Assembly (NCBI GenBank): GCA_964016885.1 | Contig: OZ024740.1 | Location: 394,940,001 to 395,004,000 of the forward strand | Source: Eledone cirrhosa | Taxonomy: Eukaryota | Length of the DNA stretch: 64,000 bases | Direction of reading: 5' to 3' | Shown here: positions 39,867 through 50,661 of the stretch, piece by piece | How the letters are laid out: each line of letters opens with the position of its first letter | How positions within the stretch are numbered: the first letter of the stretch is position 1 | The notes under the pieces: model-generated | Databases searched by the model: none | Told to the model about the DNA's origin: nothing | Seen by the model: only the letters and a program-made list of their open reading frames with translations | Translations under genes and position numbers: made by a program

Positions 39867-40630
39867 TCTGACATAAACAATAATAACATTTTAATATCAT
39901 CATGAGGGTGGATGTAATACTTATCAACATATTCTGGTACAACAATATTAAAGAGAAAACTTAAGTAGCATCACTAGCTTCACTTGATTATGACTTAAAC
40001 AAATACATTTTCATAACTACTTCTAACAACAACACATCCCCAGCCATTACATTCTGCTTCACACATCTAGCTTACAGCAACTACTAAGGTTAACAATCCT
40101 TAATCACTCACAATTACATGATTATCAACATAACAACATATCAATTAACAAAGAAACATTACATTAACGAATTTCAAAAACCTCCAGTAGAATCATTTTC
40201 CCCCAAAAGATATAAAGTTTGTACAATTCAACAACTCAAGCAAAACCAACATAAATATTACGATGTATACAACCAATAAAATACATTGCATAAGCTTTCA
40301 AAGATATGTTTGACAAAACAATATAAAAAATACAGTTCAAGTTACTCAACTGAAAAACCAACCTGATAAAAGTAGTGGCCAACTGAAACAATACACCTTG
40401 ATTACACACTAGAAGAATGAAACTCAGCATGGAACAACCAAACAAGCAAATAAAAGAAATCAACACAAGAAAAGTATAAAACAAGACAAATACTTGTATC
40501 TGTCATAAACCACAAAACAAACAATAAAATACTATATATGTATGTAAAAGATAAACAGGAATAACAACACAATTGGTACAGTATATGGGAGGAATATATT
40601 AGGTTAACGCTTGAAATAGCAGGAAGAGGG

Positions 40631-40665
40631 TCTTAACGTTTCGGACGCTAGTATTCATCAGAAGA
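40631..40665 (-). ncRNA. Minimal hammerhead ribozyme within Penelope-type terminal fragment (40535-40760)
   Basis: tctt-CTGATGA-atac(tagc)gtcc-GAAA-cg-TT-aaga; palindromic AACGTT; stem II weakened. Confidence 0.65.
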
Positions 40666-41036
40666 AAGAATGAGAAATAAGATAGATTGAAGGGATGGGC
40701 GGGTTGAAATTGAAAAAGAAGTCTTTAGATAAAAATAACCGGTGTTGACATCTCTTAGAACTATATTCGTATTAAGCCACAATAACACTTTTGAGAAGCA
40801 TATCCACACTTTAATAGCAAGTAAACTCATTTCTTATACAAGTTTCATTAACCATTCGTATGAAACAGACAAGACCGCAATTCTCAATCCATAACCCTTA
40901 TAAATACAACAATAGTAATTGTATCAACAATCTCATAAGTTCGAGCTGACGAAGCCTCTACGGAGTCAGTGGACCTAGTAGACTTAGCAATAAAATATAT
41001 TTTAAATCCTTAAAAATACTGAAAGTTAGACTAATT

Positions 41037-41218
41037 AATTGTTTCTACTCTTGGCACAAGGCCAGCAATTACTCAGTGTATTACTGGTACTTTATTTTAT
41101 CGACCCCGTAAGGATGAAAGGCAAAGTTAACCTCGGCGGGATTTGAACTCAGAATGGCAAGGGCCGTAACTCTATGCGTCAAAGCATGGCGTCCGACCTT
41201 CTACCGATACTGCCAATC
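41037..41218 (-). mobile_element. SINE family A
   Basis: Full motif set. Confidence 0.9.
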
Positions 41219-41620
41219 AATGACCTAATTAACGTAACCCTATATATCCCCAAAGAGACCGGACGGTTACGACTGGAATTACTTTGATTATAATTCTGCT
41301 TGGTCAGGTTTAACCTGGTCCTAAACCACAGCAGTCTCCTGAGTTCCAAATATTGTGCTAGAATGTTACACCACCAAAATCTATAGAGAGGAACAATAAC
41401 TGTCGTAACTCTGCTCTGTCTTTCATTGTAACTTTGGCGTATACCAACCAATTGGAAAACATCTTCGCCAGGACTGAAGGACTAATGAGGAATTGCAAGT
41501 ATATAAAAATTATACCCCTAATGGGGAGCATCTGTTTTGAGAAAAATAAGGAATCTTTAATTTTACAAATTCATAGGTATTACATTACTGTTTAGCTATT
41601 AAACTATTAAAGCTTAAACC

Positions 41621-41662
<42 letters not shown>

Positions 41663-42101
41663 AGTAAGTAAGTTAATTTTTATAATTTTCTTATTTTACG
41701 TCTTTCATATAATTGTTCTGCATCCCCTTGCATTGAACCACAAAGTTACTAAGACATAACCTCTATATTTGCTAGCATAGGCATGCATCTGTATATATAT
41801 GTTGGTAGATATACTAATTCTTTATAATTATCTCCAAATTATTTTGTGGAGCAAAAATTTGCCATAACAGCTACTATAGTTCATAGTAATAGTTCGGCTA
41901 CTGTCTTCTTAACACCCCACTCCTCACTGATTAACCTCGTTGTTACGTGATTGATTCTTTTGAATTTGCCACCGACCAAGTAGGCAGTGATTTTTTCAAT
42001 GTCTTGGAATATAGTCCCCGCTTGCTTTTTTCCATCCACTGAATTATTTTTGTATAAATTCCCCGTGTCCACGCATCGCCTGGGAACTTAGCTGAGAATT
42101 G

Positions 42102-42185
42102 ACTTCCTGATGACGAAAGGCATTCTCCATGTTGTTCCATTCGGAAACCATGTTTATTCCCTTTCAGAAACTAATTAGTTGGAGT
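42102..42185 (+). ncRNA. Type I hammerhead ribozyme
   Basis: acttc-CTGATGA-cgaaagg...cctttca-GAAA-ctaattag-TT-ggagt; palindromic ACTAATTAGT; cleavage predicted after 42180. Confidence 0.82.
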
Positions 42186-42631
42186 GAAATTTTAGTAAGT
42201 AAGTTAATTTTTATAATTTTCTTACTTTACGTCTTTCATATAATTGTTCTGCATCCCCTTGCATTGAACCACAAAGTTACTAAGACAAAACCTATATATT
42301 TGCTAGCATAGGTATGCATCTGTATATATATGTTGGTAATATACTAATTCTTTATAATTATCTCCAAATTATTTTGTTGAGCAAAAATTTGCCATAACTG
42401 CTACTATAGTTCATAGTAATAATTCGGCTACTGACTTCTTAACACCCCACTCCTCACTGATTAACCTCGTTGCCACGTGATTGATTCTTTTGAATTTGCC
42501 ACCGACCAAGTAGGCAGTGATTTTTTCAATGTCTTGGAATATAGTCCTCGCTTGCTTTTATCCATCCACTGAATTATTTTTGTATAAGTTCCCTGTGTCC
42601 ACGCATCGCCTGTGAACTTAGCTGAGAATTG

Positions 42632-42714
42632 ACTTCCTGATGACGACAGGCATCTCCATGTTGTTCCATTCGGAAACCATGTTTATTCCCTTTCAGAAAC
42701 TAATTAGTTGGAGT
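42632..42714 (+). ncRNA. Type I hammerhead ribozyme, second copy
   Basis: Same as 42102-42185 with one stem II mismatch; cleavage predicted after 42709. Confidence 0.78.
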
Positions 42715-42762
42715 GAAATTTTAGTAAGTAAGTTAATTTTTATAATTTTCTTATTTTACGTC

Positions 42763-42808
<46 letters not shown>

Positions 42809-45800
42809 CATTTTGGATTGGGAAACTTTTTCAGTTGAAAGTTTCAAAACTGAATGCGAACGAAGTGTTCTCTATTCTTGCTCTAGTGGTCGCACTACAT
42901 GCTAGAATAGTAACCACATCTCCCACAAATTCTAATTCATCGTCTTAAAAAGGACATATTTGAACGTGTAGTCATGGTTTCACTGTGTCTATAACACAAA
43001 TAAATAAATAAATCGATGCCCATGAGTTTTCTCGTACACAGCTGACGTGGGATTAACAACAATATCAGGAATACTAAAGCCTACTGCACAGTAGAAGGAA
43101 TGCATACTCTGTACGCTGCACTACGTAATGTGGTCCTCAATTATTTATTTACCATATTTCTAATGAAAGCTACTGCTTATAATTTTGAAATAATTTTGAA
43201 AATAATGAAGAATTTGCAAACATTTAGTAATATAACTTTCCATTATTTAGCTGATGTTTGACACAACATAACAAAGGTTATGATTGACTCACAAAACTAA
43301 TGTGACGTGAGTTCATAAGAGCTGTATGCCTCATAAGGTTACGACAGAAGATTCATCGTTTAATCTGTCTATAATTATAGAGTAAAATGGTTAAATATCA
43401 TTTTTTAAAGATAGGTTTTTTATACTTTATGCATATTGTACACCAATATATTTGTTTTAAATTGCCGCCAGTAAAAACAAAAGTTAGTAACTATTGCTTT
43501 ACGCGGTCGTCTGATATGTTAGAAAAAGCAGCAAAATATTCCTTATGGGATATACACATTAAAGAATGTAATCTCTGATATACAAATAGACTGATTATAG
43601 CTGAAATAATTTCATCTTAGGTATGCTCCAGAATTGACCATCCAGCGTTATAACCTCGGGCAATATTTTGCGGTATTTACACTGACACCTTGCTTTCTGA
43701 TTTCAAATCTCGTCAAGATCAACCTTTTATTTCATTCTTCTGGGTTGATAAACCAGTACCAGTTTAGAGTAGTTGACTGCTGAAATCCCCAGAGCATCGG
43801 AGGGGGTGCCAAAAGGTATTTATTCTTTGCGATCTGCGTTCAAAGTCACATAGCCCAGTTGTATGGCATACTTTACGTGTCACATAGTTTAACATCGCAA
43901 TATACCTTTTTTTGTGTCTTTAGGCGACTCCAATATTTTACAAGTATTCAGATCAGGTTTCCATAATTTAAGAATATGTTATTTCCCCATTTCCACCAAT
44001 CTCGAAAGCTCTGGAAAAATATAGGGTCTTGGATGCTGCCTTTCTTTCTGACTCAGTGAAATAAAATGCCACCGGGTAAATGCTTTTGCTTGTATTTTTG
44101 CAATATCAGTTGATACATTTAACAATATTTGTATTTTTAAATTCTAAAGGAAAGAAGGAAAGCTATAGTCAGATTAAACTGAGGAAACAGTTTCCGTTGG
44201 TCTTTCCATAGTTGGTACTATGTACCAGTAACAATTGCTTGCAGAAACGTCCTCAGGAGATTGAATTTGAACTCAGAAAACACAGAGCTGGAACAGATAC
44301 TGCAATTTATCCTGTACGATACTTTAACAGTCCCACCAATTCACCGCTTCTTATTGGTATTTTATTTATCGAACACAAAAAGCAGATGGCCGGAAACAAA
44401 TACCGAGGATTTTAAACCTACGCTCTAAGACTCTGCTAATTTCCTGCTATAAAAACAAATACAAATCTAACGTCGGAGCTTTCTTAATTAATCGTTATAA
44501 TTGTAAGAAACGATGTTAATTGCTGCAACTTACTAATTGTATAAATGGCACATCTATTAAAACTGTAATTTAGGCAAAGTCGACTTCATATGGGCGTTGG
44601 ATTCCAGACTAATTCTTCCTCCATTATTATTATTATTGTTGGTTTGCATTGACGAAATATCTTTATTTCGGGTTTCGTAGATTGGGATTATTAAGTGGTT
44701 TTAAGTGTATTACTTTATGTGCGTATGATTGCTAAACGAAAGTATATGTATAATGCTCTTTTGAGGCAAAAGTCATATATTTAAACTAATTTTTATTTCC
44801 ACTTGGTTCGGCTTCTGTCGTTTGTTTAACATTATGGTGGCGAAGCTGGGATACAGCTACTAAAAGCAAAATCGAAATATCTTCGTAGATATCGCAAAAG
44901 GAAAAATACATATGAACACGACTATTCCGTACAAACTCACAGACCTTTAGAAAGATAGAAATATTGAACTTTTAAGCATCGAAGGTGTCTTCAATTCCTC
45001 GCTTGATAATAACAGCAACAATATCAATGACAAAAACAACCGTAGCACTATTTCATACACTTTCATACGCTTTGTCATGCGGAAATGAAAAATAAGAAGA
45101 GTTTTGTCCATATTCCTTCTAATGAAGTTTTTAATATGGACTAAGCCCAAACCCAGAAGGACCAATGACGAAATTGCGTCAGCAAACTCTGTGTCTTCTT
45201 ACACGAAGAATTTATTCAGAACTAAGAAATGAGAAAATCAGGGGTAGTGGTAATGGTACCAACCCCTGGCTTGTCTTTACCTTTCGGGATTAGTACTGAC
45301 GGTTAATAAGCGTAAGGGCCACGAAAAATGACATACGAACCGGAAGAGTCAGTATAGACTTACAAATCCCTATAAACCCCCACCCCCTTAAGAACTCAGG
45401 GCAATTCAGGAGCTATGCTCCGTCATGAGTGCAAAAACTAAAACAAACCATGGAGACTTACGGTGTAGGGCAGATGGCCCAGCTATTATATTGTGGCAGC
45501 AATACGCATTTAAATGATTACTGCAACGAAAATTTGAGAAAAAAAATAATGACCGCGACAACCACAAGATCCGATGACTGCTATTCCAGCTGTACCTTAG
45601 ACTGCAGCTCTGAAATTGGCGGTGATTGTCTTGTTCTTGGTCTCAGAAACTGACCAGAAAATCTAAGGGGCCCCTACCCTTTCATCAGCAGTGACAGTAA
45701 AGAAGAAATAAAAGAAAAAAGTGGTGAACAACAGCAACAACAACAAACAGTACTGACTCTAACTCTACAAGGAGTAAAACATAGCCACATAGCGGTGAGA

Positions 45801-46639
45801 CTCACGAACCATGGACAATCTAACTAATTAATCATGATTTCTGCGGGGGGAGGGGGTGGGGTGGGGGAGAAAGTTGATACTACTGACACTAGTATTTTAT
45901 AAGTACTTAATTTTATCGACCTCGAAGGAACGTAGTGTTGACCTCGGCGAAATTTCAAGTTAAATCGTAAAGAAACGAACAAATACTGCTAACAACTCTG
46001 CCAATACTCTAACAACTCTGCCAATCTACCGCCCTAAGCAAACCACTGATAAAGAAAATGAAAATGATGTGGTGCAATCGATATTGCTGAGATATTCTAG
46101 CAACCGAAGGCCAAATAAGCTTGAAATAGAAACAGACTTCAAGCAACAGACTTCTATTAAAAACAACCACCGACTATTATTACGTGCTAAAAGAAGCACT
46201 TTGAATTCATCCGACACAAAAAATATTAACAGGTACTTTGGAACAATGGATGGTGTTAGAGGTGTGAGGTCCCCTAACCCGACCTGAGCAGCAAGTTGTC
46301 ACCTATGTGTGGGTGGAAACGCTAAAATGCTTATATAACTACGTTTCAGGAATTAGATTGTATGTGTTATTTGCTGGAATAGAGCTTGCTTTAATGTTCT
46401 AACTGTGTATTTTGAATATGTGTGCCTGTGTTTTTGATATGTGTGCCCGTGTGCGCCAGTGTGTATTTAGGTGTGTATGCAAGTGTGTGTTTGAGTGTAT
46501 GAACGCTAGTGTGTTTTTCAAAGTATGTGCGCTAGTGTGTTTTGATGTATGCGCCTTAGTTTGTGTATAATATGATAGTGCACATACTTAAATATGGAAT
46601 GTTACGCGATCCCCCCCCCCCCCCCCCCCCCCCCACACA

Positions 46640-47040
46640 CACACAGCCCCGGTGGACAGGATGGAGAAGGCGTTCCCCCGGATGACGGCAAGGGAGACGC
46701 GCTGTAAAAGCCACTCCAACTCGCGAGGTTCACACCTGCGGCTGGCCAGCTGAGCGCCTATGGTGGTGAGTAGGGGGGTAGCCCTAGGGCCGAGGACACC
46801 AGAAGTCTCCACTGCCAGGGGTACAACCGCAAACCTGTCGGAGAGCGACCTGTATTTGAGGAGTTTGGCCTCCTCAGCCCGATGTGCAGCAGAACCTGGG
46901 TTAGTCGCAGACTGCACCAGGTTGCGGCTGCAGAAAGTGTCGGTGCAAGTAGCATCCCAGACGAGGGGTTTGCCACCGCGGAACGGGAGATGGTCATGCC
47001 ATCTGGCCTTTTGCCGTCCCCTCGGTCTAGCCCCACCGGC
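46640..47040 (-). mobile_element. CRE-like non-LTR retrotransposon 3' fragment (restriction-like endonuclease domain)
   Basis: GDGKRPDG...LVWDATCTDT...AEEAKLLKY...VPLAVETSGVLG...QRVSLAVIRGNA across one frameshift. Confidence 0.82.
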
Positions 47041-47782
47041 TCGAGCCGTTTTAATGATTTTAATATTCACCCTCAGATTTAGAATAAGAATGGTGATATT
47101 CCGAAATATTTTCGAATTAGACTGACATCCAATGTGTTCTGAAGCCCCCCACCACTGAGACGAAAACATTGGTAAGTTCAGTGTCTGTCATAGAGCAATA
47201 ATGTCTTTTAATTGGCCTAAGACCAAAGATGTGTAATGGAATGATACAGTCAATGAATCTATCCTAGTAAATACTATTTAATCAATGCTTAGCGAATTTA
47301 GTTTTTAAGAGTCGATAAAATAGCATCATTTCGAATAAGCAAAGTCAATCCTGAGGGATTCCAACTTGAAATGTACAATAGCTAATTACATTCTGAAAGA
47401 CATTTTATTCGGAACTACCAAAAAACTGCTCTTAAGTTGTTAAATAATGAGAATTACAAAGGCCAAATCTTGAAAAGCCATCAGCAGAATGACATTTGTT
47501 CTTCTATTTACGTACAGGCACTCTGTCATTATTAATATATGTATATACGCAGTTTCTATTATTGTGATAATTGTTTTGATTTGAAGCTAAGTTAATGAGA
47601 GCGTAGGTTAAAAAAGGAAGCTATGGTTAGAGCCAATCTCTTAAGATGTTTTTTATAATGTTTTTAAAAGAAATATTACGTGCCTTTTATAAAACTACAA
47701 ATTACATCATTTGGAATAGGTATAATTAATGAATTTTCACCGACCTTTATCTATGTACCTATATGTGTGTGTGTAAATATAT

Positions 47783-48850
47783 GGCAATAGGTAATTTTCC
47801 AAAAGTTAAAATTCTGCTGCTCCCACTCCCTAATCTTGTTCCAATAAACAAAAACACAGGGTGTGCAAACTTTCAGCTCAACCGGACACCGGTTAGGCGA
47901 CCCTCAAATGTCTTGAAGTTGGAACAGAGTATACGCAACGATTAATTCTATTCAAAAGAGGTATACTGTTCCCTATCTTGACCATTTTCTTTTTTCTTCT
48001 TTGAGAAATTTATGTGGACACATCCATACAACACCAGCAAATGTTTAAAAACGTCCTGAATCAAATTTACCAAGAGTTAATTTGTAACATTCCTGAAATA
48101 ACATGAAAAACTTAAGAAATATTAGTTTTTCTTAATAAAGCACACAACTTCTATAAGAGAAATGCATTTTTATTTACAACAATAATTTCTATAGAATCAA
48201 AAACATAATGTGAACACTGAACACTGAATATTGAACATTATTTTTGCATAAGGGCGGTGGATTGGCAGTATCGGTAGAGAGTCGGACGCCATGCTTTCCA
48301 GCATAGTTACGTCTCTTTACGGTCTGAGTTCAAATCCCGCCGAGGTTGACTTTGCCTTTCATCCTTACGGGGTCGATAAAATAAAGTACCAGTAATGCAC
48401 TGGGTAATTGCTGGCCTTGTGCCTAAAGTAGAAACAATTATTTTTGCATAAGAGAGGATTTAATGGCAGTTGGGTATGTTTTACGGTTTTCGGTAACGAT
48501 CTGTAAAACAAATTGTTTCTCAGTTTCATCTTTTATGAGAATATTACTGTAATCCTGAATGAGTTTGACACCTCTTTCTGCAACATCATTCACAACAATT
48601 GTCTTCTCAAGTTTTTCAAGTCCAAGTTTTGTAACCAGGATCATCCTTCCATGTTGAAGGGTCTTTGTCGAGGAAATCGGTGCTGATAGAAAATATTGTC
48701 AAGAAAGTTTTTGTACCAGGAATTACAAAAGACGAAAACTCGATGTTTGCAAAGGTGCAAAATGTACCTCTTCAGTTGATTTTTTTTCTTCTTCCTCTTC
48801 TTCACCTTTGTCTGCTTCCAGCATAACATAAGCAATATTTGCCTTAACCT
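47783..48850 (-). mobile_element. hAT-like (probably hATm-type) DNA transposon remnant with transposase C-terminus, interrupted by a SINE
   Basis: VVNDVAERGVKLIQDY...KDETEKQFVLQIVTENRKTYP (48438-48644); subterminal 47783-47826 matches the MITE at 50212-50255. Confidence 0.65.
48253..48438 (+). mobile_element. SINE family A, full length
   Basis: Full motif set; TSD attatttttgcataag. Confidence 0.92.
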
Positions 48851-48943
48851 CTCCTTGCTCTCCTTTTCTCCTCGCTCTCCTTGCTCTCCTTTTCTCATTG
48901 CTCTCCTTTTCTCCTTCCTCCCTTAGCTCTCCTTTTCTCCTTG

Positions 48944-48947
<4 letters not shown>

Positions 48948-49039
<92 letters not shown>

Positions 49040-49074
49040 CATATATATATACACACATATATATATATATATAT

Positions 49075-49123
<49 letters not shown>

Positions 49124-49158
49124 CATATATATATACACACATATATATATATATATAT

Positions 49159-49205
<47 letters not shown>

Positions 49206-49212
49206 CATATAT

Positions 49213-49271
<59 letters not shown>

Positions 49272-49278
49272 CATATAT

Positions 49279-49339
<61 letters not shown>

Positions 49340-49343
49340 CACA

Positions 49344-49429
<86 letters not shown>

Positions 49430-49434
49430 TATAC

Positions 49435-49503
<69 letters not shown>

Positions 49504-49522
49504 CATAGATATATATATATAC

Positions 49523-49577
<55 letters not shown>
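48948..49577. repeat. ~630-bp interrupted (TA)n microsatellite
   Basis: Directly visible; similar tracts at 21180-21430, 27890-28160, 29370-29470. Confidence 0.97.
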
Positions 49578-49714
49578 GAAAAAGAGATGAAATCGTAAAT
49601 GCAACTGGAGTCTTATTTTTTAAAAAAATATATATATTTATTTGGTTCCTTTACCGGTTTCGCAGTTCTTCTGCTTTTCAAAAGGTGAGTTGAGATGGAG
49701 GGTCAGACCCTCAC

Positions 49715-50068
49715 ATCCTCGGTATTTGTTTCCGGCCATCTGCTTTTTGTGTTCGATAAATAAAATACCAATAAGAAGCGGTGAATTGGTGGGACATATA
49801 GGTACATAGATAAAGGTCGGTGAAAATTCATTAATTATACCTATTCCAAATGATGTAATTTGTAGTTTTATAAAAGGCACGTAATATTTCTTTTAAAAAC
49901 ATTATAAAAAACATCTTAAGAGATTGGCTCTAACCATAGCTTCCTTTTTCAACCTACGCTCTCATTAACTTAGCTTCAAATCAAAACAATTATCACAATA
50001 ATAGAAACTGCGTATATACATATATTAATAATGACAGAGTGCCTGTACGTAAATAGAAGAACAAATGT
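49715..50068 (-). repeat. Composite inverted duplication of 44330-44410 and 47491-47766
   Basis: 49715-49794 is the reverse complement of ~44330-44410; 49793-50068 is the reverse complement of ~47491-47766; near-perfect. Confidence 0.9.
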
Positions 50069-50100
50069 ACATATATATATATATATAAGAACAAATATAT

Positions 50101-50156
<56 letters not shown>

Positions 50157-50197
50157 CTCAATATCGAGTACGCAGCTGTCAACCACATAATGTATAT

Positions 50198-50568
50198 TAG
50201 GGCGGCCCTTAGCAATAGGTAATTTTCCGAAAGTTAAAATGTTGCTGCTCCCACACCGGAAAATAGGTGTTTGCCCTATACCTACGCTCTGTCCCCAGCT
50301 TTGCAAGTTACTTTCCCCATCATATTTATTGTCACTTATCCTTCTAATACCAAGAATAAGTCTGAACAAATTTTTGATTTAAGAGGTAAAAAATTTCTGA
50401 AAAAAATTACTTTCCGGGCGAAAACTTCAAAATTTCACGGTCAATGAGGGTCGCCTTGTAGTTGTCTGCTTGAGCTAAAATTTTACATAGATTGGAGTTT
50501 TATTAATTGAAACAAGACAGGGGGTGGGAGCTAAACTTTTATAAAGTTGAAAAAAAGGGGCTACCCTA
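50198..50568. mobile_element. hAT-family MITE
   Basis: TIRs TAGGGCGGCCC / GGGCTACCCTA; 8-bp TSD atgtatat/atatatat. Confidence 0.72.
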
Positions 50569-50599
50569 ATATATATATATTAAGGTGGCCCTTATTTTT

Positions 50600-50649
<50 letters not shown>

Positions 50650-50661
<12 letters not shown>

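Larger units (their letters stand above)
41658..42770 (+). mobile_element. Retrozyme-like tandem array, ~530-bp unit x ~2.1, two HHRs, inside (TA)n
   Basis: Units start at 41658, 42189 and 42718; high identity; no meaningful ORF; (TA)n on both flanks. Confidence 0.85.

Noticed and set aside
43780-44070. Minus-strand fragments (DWWK, IAKNKYLLAPP) reminiscent of a hAT dimerisation domain
   Set aside because: Multiple stops and frames with inconsistent spacing; cannot be supported by eye
49666-49684. 19-nt microexon-like segment (cgcag|...aag|gtgagt)
   Set aside because: Not frame-preserving and adjacent to a rearranged region; splice-like motifs alone are insufficient
48723-49693. 200-290-aa YI-repeat ORFs (also at 12.7, 17.1, 21.1, 27.8 kb)
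   Set aside because: (TA)n microsatellite lacks stop codons
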